From contig VENA01000016.1 of the NCBI GenBank assembly GCA_009711785.1, positions 476 to 64,475 on the forward strand: 64,000 nucleotides of DNA. Reading direction: 5' to 3'. The notes below the pieces were generated by a model. It was not told the DNA's origin, ran no database searches, and saw only the letters and a program-made list of their open reading frames with translations. Position 1 is the first letter of the stretch, and every line of letters begins with the position of its first letter. This document shows, one piece after another, positions 36,598 through 45,224 of this stretch. The position numbers and the translations under genes are program-made. The stretch comes from Bacillota bacterium. Its GTDB lineage: Bacteria > Bacillota > Clostridia > Tissierellales > MES13.

Positions 36598-37410
36598 TTA
36601 TCTAAGAAGTTGTAGTACCCCTTGAGGTTGCTGATTAGCTTGAGCTAACATTGATTGTGCTGCTTGTGAAAGAATATTGTTTTTAGTGAATTCCATCATT
36701 TCTTTAGCCATATCTACGTCACGAACTCTAGACTCTGCTGCTGTAAGATTTTCTGAAGAAGTAGATAGGTTATTAATAGTATGTTCTAATCTATTTTGAC
36801 TTGCACCCAGTAAAGATCGTGCTTCAGACACATTTTTAATTGCCGCATCCACCTTAGATATTGCAGTTGTAGCAGAGCTCATTGATAAAGAATTTACAGT
36901 TAACGATGTTGCATCAGCTTTGAAATTACTAAGTGTTATAGTTAGCTGATCATAATTTTCTGCAGAATAACCAATTTGTAAATTTACAGTTGAACCACTG
37001 CTTAAAAGATTTTTCCCATTGAAATTTGTTGACTCTGCGATATGATCAATCTCTGATGATAGCTCATCAATTTCATTCTGAATAGCTGTTAAATCTTCAT
37101 CCTGATTAGTACCATTAGCTGCTTGAACCGATAATTCACGCATACGTTGTAAGATAGAATGTGTCTCATTCAGTCCACCTTCAGCTGTTTGAATCATTGA
37201 AATACCATCTTGAGCATTTCTAGTACCTTGCTCTAAACCTCTAATCTGTCCTCTCATTTTCTCTGAAATTGCAAGACCTGCTGCGTCATCCCCAGCTCTG
37301 TTAATCCTAAGTCCTGAAGATAATTTTGCTAAATTATTTTGTGTATGAGCTTTATTTGCACCTAGTTGTCTATAAGTATTAAGTGCAGCAATATTATGAT
37401 TAATTCTCAT
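36598..37410 (-). CDS. fliC: flagellin
   Basis: MRINHNIAALNTYRQL...LSSGLRINRAGDDAAGLAISEKMRGQIRGL at the N-terminus and ...MLAQANQQPQGVLQLLR at the C-terminus. The ATG at 37410 is preceded by AAGGAGGA; the ORF-track start at 37476 is upstream of the SD. Confidence 0.95.
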   Translation of the reverse strand: MRINHNIAALNTYRQLGANKAHTQNNLAKLSSGLRINRAGDDAAGLAISEKMRGQIRGLEQGTRNAQDGISMIQTAEGGLNETHSILQRMRELSVQAANGTNQDEDLTAIQNEIDELSSEIDHIAESTNFNGKNLLSSGSTVNLQIGYSAENYDQLTITLSNFKADATSLTVNSLSMSSATTAISKVDAAIKNVSEARSLLGASQNRLEHTINNLSTSSENLTAAESRVRDVDMAKEMMEFTKNNILSQAAQSMLAQANQQPQGVLQLLR

Positions 37411-37416
37411 TGTAAA

Positions 37417-37448
37417 TTCCTCCTTGAATTTTTTTAGGCATCCTTGCC
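37417..37448 (-). promoter_or_regulatory. two candidate CsrA binding sites in the fliC leader (GGCA-AGGA-TGCC hairpin and AAGGAGGA overlapping the SD)
   Basis: The minus strand reads ...GGGCAAGGATGCCTAAAAAAATTCAAGGAGGAATTTACA-ATG. It has a GGA in a hairpin loop and a second GGA in the SD, the same layout as the B. subtilis hag leader. Confidence 0.5.
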
Positions 37449-37502
37449 CTTTTTTATAATTGTCAGTGGCCACCAAACAAATCTTTTTCCTTTACAATAT
37501 AT

Positions 37503-37530
37503 ATATCGGCAGTATTTTATAATTTGTTTA
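37503..37530 (-). promoter_or_regulatory. sigma-28 (SigD/FliA) promoter of fliC: TAAA-N16-GCCGATAT
   Basis: The minus strand reads TAAACAAATTATAAAATACTGCCGATAT. The -10 is an exact match to the Bacillus SigD consensus GCCGATAT. Confidence 0.8.
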
Positions 37531-37548
37531 GTCTTATTCTAAAATTTT

Positions 37549-37758
37549 TTATAAATTATTTAAAAAATAATTATTAACTTTTGTAGCATTTTTATTTTCT
37601 CTTTTAATTTCTTCTAATACTTCTTTACGGTATATTTTTTTATTTTTCGGTGCATTTATGCCTAATTTAACCTTACCTTCTTCTATTCCTATAACAATTA
37701 TTTCTATATCTTCATCGATAATAAGACTTTCCTCTAATTTTCTACTTAGTACTAACAT
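37549..37758 (-). CDS. csrA: carbon storage regulator / translational repressor CsrA
   Basis: [20 protein letters not shown]...[15 protein letters not shown] is the CsrA signature. Lies downstream of fliW. Confidence 0.95.
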   Translation of the reverse strand: MLVLSRKLEESLIIDEDIEIIVIGIEEGKVKLGINAPKNKKIYRKEVLEEIKRENKNATKVNNYFLNNL

Positions 37759-38209
37759 TTTTATTCACCTCTTTAGTCTCATTATAGATAAAATGTTTAG
37801 TTTTATAATTTGTATTTTCTAATACAATTTGTTTAGCTATTCGTTTATCTATATTTATAACTATCGGAGCAAGTAAATTAGCTGTCATCTTTTTAATATC
37901 CTTAGGTATAGTTACTATACTGTATAATAAAAGTTCTTTATTATTTGTTATTTTAATTTTCTTTAACTCTTCATCATCTATTTTAATATCATAATCTTTG
38001 AAGAAAAGGAAAGGATTTGTAATTATGAAAACAACTTTAGGATCTTTAATACTTTGTAAACACTGAAAAGCTTCGTTATTAGGAATATTTAATATTACAT
38101 ATTCCTTTAAGGTTTCAAAACCTAATAATCCTTTTTTAAAGTTAATTATTTTTTCTTTTTCTATCTCTACTTCTCCTAAATATTTGGTGTTTATCTTCAC
38201 TTTAATCAT
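37742..38209 (-). CDS. fliW: flagellar assembly factor FliW (CsrA antagonist)
   Basis: [17 protein letters not shown]...[16 protein letters not shown]...NLLAPIVIN is typical of FliW. Confidence 0.9.
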   Translation of the reverse strand: MIKVKINTKYLGEVEIEKEKIINFKKGLLGFETLKEYVILNIPNNEAFQCLQSIKDPKVVFIITNPFLFFKDYDIKIDDEELKKIKITNNKELLLYSIVTIPKDIKKMTANLLAPIVINIDKRIAKQIVLENTNYKTKHFIYNETKEVNKNVSTK

Positions 38210-38226
38210 CCTTTTAAATATATTTT

Positions 38227-38248
38227 AAGCGGAGAATAATCTCCGCTT
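38227..38248 (-). other. 9-bp-stem hairpin AAGCGGAGA-ttat-TCTCCGCTT between flgL and fliW, no adjacent U-tract
   Basis: Read directly in the 58-nt intergenic gap. Confidence 0.5.
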
Positions 38249-38267
38249 AATCTTTATTAATATTTAA

Positions 38268-39185
38268 TTATCTTAAAAAATCTAGTAAACTTGGTTGTAA
38301 TATCTTAGCTCCTGTTTGTAATGACGATCTATAAACATTTTCCATATTCTTATACTGCATTACCTTTTCTGCAACATCAATGTCTTCTGTTTTTGATAAA
38401 AATTCGATTGTATTTAAAGTTTCAGCTTCATTTTTCTTATTAGCAGCCTTCAATCTATTAGATTTAGCTCCTACCTTTGCTCTTGCCCTTAAAATATTAT
38501 CTAAATGATTATCTATATCACCAAGCAATTCACCTGAAAGTTTTTCAGTGTCATTAGAATCTAATGCATCTACAATTTCCTTTAATGTAACTCCTAAAGA
38601 TGTATCTGTTCCATTTTCAGTATCAACTGATCCTTCTAAACCCATCATTTCAGCTCCTGTTAAATTCACTGCCATTGAAACGTTTGGGGAAAATTCCCTT
38701 TCTAATTCTCCCTTATCACCTTTATATTTAAGTACTCCTCCTTCTACTTTAAAGGGAGCTTCAGTAGTTTCTTGTCCACCAAATATATATCTTCCATCAA
38801 AATTAGTACTTCCAATTTGTCCTAATTGATCTGTTAACTGTTTAACCTCTTCACTTAGTGCTTGTCTATCTGTATCTGATAAACTACCATTTGCTCCATA
38901 AGTAGTTAACTCTTTCATTCTATGAATAATATCAGTTACATTTTGCATTGCAGAGTCAGTAGTATCTATCCACCCTATTGAATCTTCAATATTTCTTTTA
39001 TATTGTTCATTTTTATCTATTTCTGTGTGAAGTGCCATACTTCTAGTTACTAAAAAAGGATCATCTGAGGGTTTACTTATTTCTTTACCTGAAGATAACT
39101 GATTTTGGTATTTACTCATTTTATTTAAATTTTTATGTAAATTTCTCGTGTAGTTTTTAAGTAGCATACTATTTGTTACTCTCAT
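38268..39185 (-). CDS. flgL: flagellar hook-filament junction protein FlgL
   Basis: MRVTNSML...QNQLSSGKEISKPSDDP flagellin-like N-terminus. 305 aa, downstream of flgK. Confidence 0.9.
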   Translation of the reverse strand: MRVTNSMLLKNYTRNLHKNLNKMSKYQNQLSSGKEISKPSDDPFLVTRSMALHTEIDKNEQYKRNIEDSIGWIDTTDSAMQNVTDIIHRMKELTTYGANGSLSDTDRQALSEEVKQLTDQLGQIGSTNFDGRYIFGGQETTEAPFKVEGGVLKYKGDKGELEREFSPNVSMAVNLTGAEMMGLEGSVDTENGTDTSLGVTLKEIVDALDSNDTEKLSGELLGDIDNHLDNILRARAKVGAKSNRLKAANKKNEAETLNTIEFLSKTEDIDVAEKVMQYKNMENVYRSSLQTGAKILQPSLLDFLR

Positions 39186-39196
39186 TTAAAACCCTC

Positions 39197-40786
39197 CTAT
39201 ATTCCAGTTCTATTTATTAACGTATCAAGCATTTGTGATAATGTTGAAATAACCCTTGAGTTTGCTTCATATGAACGTTGAAATTGTACTAAATTTGCAA
39301 CTTCCTCATCTATTGATACCCCTGATATTGATTCCTTTCTAGTTTCTAATTGTCCTAATAAGGTTTCTTGATTAGTTGTCATTCTATTAGCTTCCTGGGT
39401 TGATATTCCAAGTTCTGCAACTATGTCTTTATAATATGCATCAAAAGTTGTATCATTAATTAATCTTTCATTTCTAAGTTCTGCTATCTCTAATGCTTTA
39501 CTTCCATCACCTGGGGTTCCTTCTCCACCATTATCTTCTATTAATTCTTTTCCTGTGTTTATTTTATTTACATCTTTTATAATTTCTTCATTAACCATAA
39601 TATTACTAGCATTAATTGGTGATCCATCTTCACTTTTAAAGAAATCTATCCAATCACCATCAGTTCCATCTCCATCTGTATCAACTGCCGAATCTGTTTT
39701 ACTATGTATTTCATTTATCTTTTCAGCTAAACCATTAGCAAAAGTATTTAAACTGTCTTGATAACCTTTAGTTTCATTAAGTACAGATTGATATCCTTTT
39801 AATGAACCTGTTTCTAGATTAACTGTTTCTAAATCTATATCCTTTATATCCGTTGTATTAGGATCCCACTTAGGATCATTAAATACAACATCTCCAGCTT
39901 TTAGTTTAGTAACATCAAAACTAGGACTATCAATAGATAAATCTATAGTTTCTTCAATTGTAGCATTTAATGAATCTCCACCCTTTACTAGGGTAATTTT
40001 ATATTTATCTGAATTTAATGGATCTTTTTCTACACTTCTAATAACCGACATTTCTTTATCAGTATCTGTTCCTAAAACATTAGTATCACCTATGGATATT
40101 TCTATCTGTCCATATTCTTTATTTTTAACATCAAAATTTGTTATTTCAGATAATTCATCTAAAAGTTTATCTCTTTTATCTAATAAATCATTCGGATGTT
40201 CACCTTTTATTTTCACATTGAAAATTTGTTCATTTAAAGTGTCTACTTGAGTAAGTATTGATTTTGCATCAAATGTTTTTTTCTCTATAAGTTCTACTGT
40301 ATTATTATTTAAATTATCCATTTGAGTATACATATGATTTAATGTATCTGTAACTGCTTGGGATTCCTGGGCTACTATTGTTTTTGCATTTGAGTTTTCA
40401 GGACTTTTACTCAATTCTTGCCAAGCATTCCACATCCTACCCATCATTGTATTCAAACCTGAATCACTTGGTTCCATAAATATAGATTCAATTTGTTCTA
40501 ATACATCTTCACGGGCAGCATATTCTTTACTTACTCCTTGTTCTCCTCTTATTTGTGTATCTAAAAATCTATCCCTAACTCTTCTTATTGACTCTATATC
40601 AACACCAGTTCCTATTTGGCCTACTCCTGGTTTACTAAAGGCTAAACTAGTCTCTAGGTGTACTCTTTGTCTTGAGTAGCCTTCAGTATTAGCATTTGAT
40701 ATATTATGACTTGTTGTTGTTATAGCTGCTTGCTGTGCAAACATTCCCCTTCTAGCTGTATTAAGGGTTGCAAATAAACCTGACAT
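39197..40786 (-). CDS. flgK: flagellar hook-filament junction protein FlgK
   Basis: MSGLFATLNTARRGMFAQQAAITTTSHNISNANTEGYSRQ at the N-terminus and VSIDEEVANLVQFQRSYEANSRVI at the C-terminus. Confidence 0.95.
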   Translation of the reverse strand: MSGLFATLNTARRGMFAQQAAITTTSHNISNANTEGYSRQRVHLETSLAFSKPGVGQIGTGVDIESIRRVRDRFLDTQIRGEQGVSKEYAAREDVLEQIESIFMEPSDSGLNTMMGRMWNAWQELSKSPENSNAKTIVAQESQAVTDTLNHMYTQMDNLNNNTVELIEKKTFDAKSILTQVDTLNEQIFNVKIKGEHPNDLLDKRDKLLDELSEITNFDVKNKEYGQIEISIGDTNVLGTDTDKEMSVIRSVEKDPLNSDKYKITLVKGGDSLNATIEETIDLSIDSPSFDVTKLKAGDVVFNDPKWDPNTTDIKDIDLETVNLETGSLKGYQSVLNETKGYQDSLNTFANGLAEKINEIHSKTDSAVDTDGDGTDGDWIDFFKSEDGSPINASNIMVNEEIIKDVNKINTGKELIEDNGGEGTPGDGSKALEIAELRNERLINDTTFDAYYKDIVAELGISTQEANRMTTNQETLLGQLETRKESISGVSIDEEVANLVQFQRSYEANSRVISTLSQMLDTLINRTGI

Positions 40787-40798
40787 TTTATCACCCCG

Positions 40799-41248
40799 TT
40801 ATTTATACTGATTTATCATTGAAGCTTTATTTCCTGAATTAACCTTACCATTTGCTTGATAAGTATTATTTACACCTTTTTTCTTGTTTTTCATAAATAT
40901 ATTAACCATACTATTTGCATAATCTAATGATTGTTTAGTAAGCATTTGATTAGTAAGTTGCATTTCATTAATCTTAACTATAGTTTCAGTATAACTTTCC
41001 TTTATATCTAATATTTCTTTCTTTTTTTCACTTTTAAGTGCCAAATCATCCATGGTTTTATCTCCACAAATAGAAACCCTATCTTTTTCTATTTCATCTA
41101 ACTTTTTCATTAAATCCATTTTTTTATCTACTATTATCTTTAAGGCATCTGCATCCTCTTTAATTAAAAGTTCTTTTTCCTCTTTAAGACAATCTAAAAG
41201 TTTTTTTAACACATCTAATTGTGTGTTTAATACATTTGTAATTTCCAT
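40799..41248 (-). CDS. flgN: flagellar export chaperone FlgN
   Basis: 149-aa helical protein between flgM and flgK (LDVLKKLLDCLKEEKELLIKEDADAL). Confidence 0.7.
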   Translation of the reverse strand: MEITNVLNTQLDVLKKLLDCLKEEKELLIKEDADALKIIVDKKMDLMKKLDEIEKDRVSICGDKTMDDLALKSEKKKEILDIKESYTETIVKINEMQLTNQMLTKQSLDYANSMVNIFMKNKKKGVNNTYQANGKVNSGNKASMINQYK

Positions 41249-41263
41249 ATATACCTCCTGAAA

Positions 41264-41545
41264 TTACTGCTTATTCATTTTTTCTATTATTTTTTTAGCC
41301 AATTTTTCTGAAGATACTTTATATGTTCCTGAACTAATCTCATTTTTTATCCTAGCTACAGTCTCAGCTTTCTTAGCTTTAGTATTTTTCATTTGATTTT
41401 TATAAGTATTAAGTGCTTTACTTGATGTAGATAATTCTATACGGTCTTTTGAAGTTTCTTTTTTCTTATCCTTATATTTTGTCTCAGCCTTTTGCTTGTT
41501 TAGTCTTTTAATAAGTTGTGAGTAACTTGAACTATTAATCTTCAT
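41264..41545 (-). CDS. flgM: anti-sigma-28 factor FlgM
   Basis: 93 aa. The C-terminal RIKNEISSGTYKVSSEKLAKKIIE matches the FlgM sigma-binding region. Confidence 0.85.
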   Translation of the reverse strand: MKINSSSYSQLIKRLNKQKAETKYKDKKKETSKDRIELSTSSKALNTYKNQMKNTKAKKAETVARIKNEISSGTYKVSSEKLAKKIIEKMNKQ

Positions 41546-41581
41546 AAATTCACCTTCTTTTTAATCTCTTTATACATTTAC

Positions 41582-41607
41582 TATCGGAGTATAAAAATAA
41601 AAGTTTA
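41582..41607 (-). promoter_or_regulatory. sigma-28 (SigD/FliA)-type promoter of the flgM-flgN-flgK-flgL-fliW-csrA operon: TAAA-N16-CCGATAG
   Basis: The minus strand reads CTAAACTTTTATTTTTATACTCCGATAG, ending about 35 nt upstream of the flgM ATG. Confidence 0.65.
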
Positions 41608-41616
41608 GTTTATTAT

Positions 41617-41646
41617 AAAAAAAAGCAGAAGATAAAAATCTTCTAC
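41617..41646 (-). terminator. Rho-independent terminator after fliY
   Basis: GTAGAAGAT-tttt-ATCTTCTGC followed by TTTTTTTT on the minus strand. Confidence 0.7.
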
Positions 41647-41654
41647 TGTAATTT

Positions 41655-42797
41655 CTATTTAAGCTTTTGTACCCTTTCAGCGGCACTTAGTATATTAGTA
41701 ATCCTTATTCCAAAGTTTTCATTTATTACTACTACCTCTCCTTGGGCTATAAGTTTACCATTTGCATATATCTCTAAGGGTTCTTCTGCAAATTTATTTA
41801 ATTCAACTATAGACCCTGGACTTAATGCAAGTACCTCTTTAATAGATTTTTTAGATCTACCTAATATAACACTTAATTCTAAGGGTACATCTAATATAAG
41901 ATCTAGATTTGACTTTTCATCATTTTTACTTTCTTTTAAAGGAGCAAATTGTGGCTTTTGCACTGTTACATTTTCTTCTTTTATATTACTTGAAGCACTA
42001 CTTAAAGCTACCTCTTCTTTAACCTCTTTTACTTCAGTTTTTACTTCCTCTTTGACTGGTTCTTTTTTAGGTTCTTCTTTTACTTCTTTTACTTCTTTTT
42101 TAGGCTCCTCTTTAGGTTCTTCTTTAGGTTCTTCCTTTTTAGAGCCTCCAGTCATTTTATCTACTATTTCATCTACTGTATCCATTGTAAATAACTGCAT
42201 TATTTCACTATCTATAAGACCTTCAACCGTTAGGTTAAATGAAGTTTTAACCATCTCAGTATCCTTACTAAACTCATCTGGTATACTATCTTCATTACTA
42301 TCCCAAATATTAACATTTGGTGGAGTTATATTTACATCACTTCTAATCATGGTGCTCATAGCAGTTGATGCAGAACCTATCATTTGATTCATAGCTTCAG
42401 ATATTGCACTCATTTCTATCTCTGATAGTTCTTCATTAGGATTAGTTCCATCTCCACCCATCATAAGATTTGCAATTATTGAAGCGTCCCTTATTTTAAG
42501 AGCTAATATATTATTTCCCTTTAATCCTTCACTAAATTCAACTTGTAAAACCACAACCGGTACATTTAAATCATCAGTTACAGATTTTATATCTGTAACT
42601 TCAACCTTAGGTGTATTTATCATAACCTGTTTACCTAATATTGTAGATAAAGCAGTGGCGGCTGTAGCCATTGAAATATTTCCAACTTCTCCTAAGAGGT
42701 CCTTAACTTCATCATCGATATCATTATTTCCATTAACTTCTTCATTTTTATTCAGTAGGGAATCTATTTCTTCCTGTGATAGAAAGTTATCATTCAT
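41655..42797 (-). CDS. fliY: flagellar motor switch protein FliY (CheC-like plus FliN domain)
   Basis: N-terminal MNDNFLSQEEIDSLL, a CheC-like middle (EVGNISMATAATALS), a K/E/P-rich linker, and a C-terminal FliN domain (LDVPLELSVILGRSKKSIKEVLAL..GSIVEL). Confidence 0.9.
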   Translation of the reverse strand: MNDNFLSQEEIDSLLNKNEEVNGNNDIDDEVKDLLGEVGNISMATAATALSTILGKQVMINTPKVEVTDIKSVTDDLNVPVVVLQVEFSEGLKGNNILALKIRDASIIANLMMGGDGTNPNEELSEIEMSAISEAMNQMIGSASTAMSTMIRSDVNITPPNVNIWDSNEDSIPDEFSKDTEMVKTSFNLTVEGLIDSEIMQLFTMDTVDEIVDKMTGGSKKEEPKEEPKEEPKKEVKEVKEEPKKEPVKEEVKTEVKEVKEEVALSSASSNIKEENVTVQKPQFAPLKESKNDEKSNLDLILDVPLELSVILGRSKKSIKEVLALSPGSIVELNKFAEEPLEIYANGKLIAQGEVVVINENFGIRITNILSAAERVQKLK

Positions 42798-43794
42798 CGT
42801 TATCCACATCCTTTTCTACAATATCAACTACTTGTACAGATAATTTATTATTATAAATTCCTGGTTGTACATGAAAATGTAATTGATCTTCTACATACAT
42901 TCTAAGGGGCTTATCAGCACTTTTATCTAATTCTATTACATCACCTAAACTTAAATCTAAAAAGTCATTTACCGTTATCTTTGTTTTACCTAATAATACA
43001 TTTAAATCTACCTTAGATGGCATTATATTACCAGTCAGTGTATTATAATATTCTCCATACTCATCCCGTTCTTCATTTTCAAACCAATGCTGAATGTATA
43101 ATTTATCAATTATATTTTCAACAGCCAAATAAGGTATACAAAGATTCATATAACTTTTACTTTCAGATATTTCAGCTGAAAAGGTAACTAAAGCAACAGG
43201 TTCATTAGGTGACATTATTTGATTTACTTGGGGGTTAGTTTCTATATCATCAAGCTTTGGATCAACCTCTAAAACATCCTCCCAAGCAAGTTTCATATTC
43301 CCTATCATTTCCCCTACTACTTCTTTAATTATATTAGTTTCTATATCTGTAAATCCCCTTATATTTTGTTTATGTTCAGCTGAACCTCCACATAATAAAT
43401 CAATCATTTGAAATCCAAACTGTGGGTTAATCTCTAGAAGTAGAGCCCCTTGTAGTGGGGGCATTTGAAATATAGAAAGCAAAGTGGGATTAGGTATAGA
43501 TTTCATAAATTCTTCATAGGTAACCTGTTCTACTGATATAACATCAACTTTAACATTAGACCTAATTTGTGCTGATAAATAATTAGCAACGATCCTTGAA
43601 TAATTATCATAAATCATCTCTATAGTACTTATATGATCTTTAGATAATTTATTAGGCCTTCTAAAGTCATAATTTTTTATCCTTTGTCGCTCTTCATTTT
43701 CCTGTTCTTTTTCTATTTCCTCTTCATCTATTTCTCCTGAGGAGATGGCGTTTAGTAATTGATCAATTTCCTGTTGCGAAAGTACTTCTCCCAC
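42790..43794 (-). CDS. fliM: flagellar motor switch protein FliM
   Basis: MGEVLSQQEIDQLL CheY-P binding N-terminus, 334 aa. Confidence 0.95.
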   Translation of the reverse strand: MGEVLSQQEIDQLLNAISSGEIDEEEIEKEQENEERQRIKNYDFRRPNKLSKDHISTIEMIYDNYSRIVANYLSAQIRSNVKVDVISVEQVTYEEFMKSIPNPTLLSIFQMPPLQGALLLEINPQFGFQMIDLLCGGSAEHKQNIRGFTDIETNIIKEVVGEMIGNMKLAWEDVLEVDPKLDDIETNPQVNQIMSPNEPVALVTFSAEISESKSYMNLCIPYLAVENIIDKLYIQHWFENEERDEYGEYYNTLTGNIMPSKVDLNVLLGKTKITVNDFLDLSLGDVIELDKSADKPLRMYVEDQLHFHVQPGIYNNKLSVQVVDIVEKDVDNDE

Positions 43795-43806
43795 TGTACC
43801 ACCTCA

Positions 43807-44214
43807 TTATACTTTTTCTAAAATACATTTCTCTAAATTAAGGAAATTTACAATACCATAATCTAATTTTATTATTCCTTCTATTGCTCCTTCATGTTCT
43901 TTTCTTCTTAACTTATCTATTTCATCTTCTTCTATATCTATTACTTCTTTAACTTGATTTACAGAAATACCTATTAATTCTTCTTCCATATTCACAATAA
44001 TAATATGACTATATTCCTCTTCTTTTTTCTCTAATTTAAGTAAACTTCCTAAATCCATTAAAGATATTATATTTCCCCTTAAATTAACTAAACCAACAAT
44101 ATGATCTGGAGATTTAGGTACATTTCTTACTTCTAAGGGCTTACTTATTTCACTTACAAACTCTGTATTTATAGCATAGTACTGATTATTTAATTCAAAT
44201 ACTAAAACTTGCAT
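43807..44214 (-). CDS. cheW: chemotaxis coupling protein CheW
   Basis: 135-aa CheW-like domain (VFELNNQYYAINTEFVSEI...VNLRGNIISLMDL). Confidence 0.85.
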   Translation of the reverse strand: MQVLVFELNNQYYAINTEFVSEISKPLEVRNVPKSPDHIVGLVNLRGNIISLMDLGSLLKLEKKEEEYSHIIIVNMEEELIGISVNQVKEVIDIEEDEIDKLRRKEHEGAIEGIIKLDYGIVNFLNLEKCILEKV

Positions 44215-44228
44215 AAAACCACCCTTTC

Positions 44229-44591
44229 TTAGCCTAAAGCTTTATTTAATGCTTCTAATACCCTATCTGCTTGAAATGGTTTAACAACAAAGTCTGAAGC
44301 CCCTTCTTTTATAGCTTCCATAACCATTGCTTGCTGTCCCATTGCGCTACACATAATAACTTTAGCATCTCCATTTAACTTTTTTATCTCTTTTAAAGCT
44401 TCTATACCATCCATCTCTGGCATTGTTATATCTAATGTAACTATATCAGGATTAGTTTGTTTAAAACTTTCTACAGCTTCCTTACCATTTGCAGCTTCAC
44501 CTACAACTTCATATCCATTGTTTGTTAATATATCTTTAACCATCATTCGCATAAATGCAGCATCATCAACAACTAGTACCTTCTTTGACAT
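44229..44591 (-). CDS. cheY: chemotaxis response regulator CheY
   Basis: MSKKVLVVDDAAFMR...DITMPEMDG...VVKPF. The ATG at 44591 is preceded by AAGGAG. Confidence 0.95.
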   Translation of the reverse strand: MSKKVLVVDDAAFMRMMVKDILTNNGYEVVGEAANGKEAVESFKQTNPDIVTLDITMPEMDGIEALKEIKKLNGDAKVIMCSAMGQQAMVMEAIKEGASDFVVKPFQADRVLEALNKALG

Positions 44592-44604
44592 TAAAATCAC
44601 TCCT

Positions 44605-45207
44605 TTAAATGTTTATGCTTGAAATTATTGTATCTAAAGAATTTGGACTCGGTATAAAAAATAAGTATCCATTTATTTTTTTATTATCTTCTATAAATAT
44701 ATTTTCAATAATTAATTGTTTATCATCTATATATCCAGATTCTATATATGCTGTTGTTAATATAGCTCCAAACATGTCCTTAGAAAACTGAGGAACACTT
44801 GAAACCATATTTAAATTAAGCATCCTTGTTAAAGCATTTATATATGAGGAAGCTATAATATTTACAACTTCCTTTAATGCTGATACTACCATATCATCAA
44901 GCTCTTTTAAATCTTCTTTTCCTAAAAGTAATTTAGCTAAATGTAGTGCATATTTTTCTTCTAATACAAATAAAAATATACCCGGTGCATCCCCTAATAC
45001 TTTTAGTGAGATTGCTATAACAGGACTTTCCTCTTCCTTAATATTAGTGAAAATCTCGTCATATGACAATAGTCTTACGGTAGGAACTTCCATATCTATT
45101 CTTTTATTTAAAAGCTGCGCTAAGGAAGTAGCAGCATTTCCTCCGCCAATATTTGTTACCTCTTTTAAAAAATCATAATGTATTGGTGTTAACTCTGAAA
45201 AACTCAA
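44605..45207 (-). CDS. cheC: CheY-P phosphatase CheC
   Basis: LKEVTNIGGGNAATSLAQLL and the second repeat ALKEVVNIIASSY are typical of CheC. Confidence 0.85.
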   Translation of the reverse strand: MSFSELTPIHYDFLKEVTNIGGGNAATSLAQLLNKRIDMEVPTVRLLSYDEIFTNIKEEESPVIAISLKVLGDAPGIFLFVLEEKYALHLAKLLLGKEDLKELDDMVVSALKEVVNIIASSYINALTRMLNLNMVSSVPQFSKDMFGAILTTAYIESGYIDDKQLIIENIFIEDNKKINGYLFFIPSPNSLDTIISSINI

Positions 45208-45224
45208 TCTATTACCACCTCACG

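Noticed and set aside
41980-42140. Tandem KEEP/KEV-coding repeats in fliY considered as a contingency (slippage) locus
   Set aside because: The repeat units are imperfect and in-frame. They encode a typical flexible linker between the CheC-like and FliN domains. There is no homopolymer or perfect short tandem repeat that would promote phase variation.
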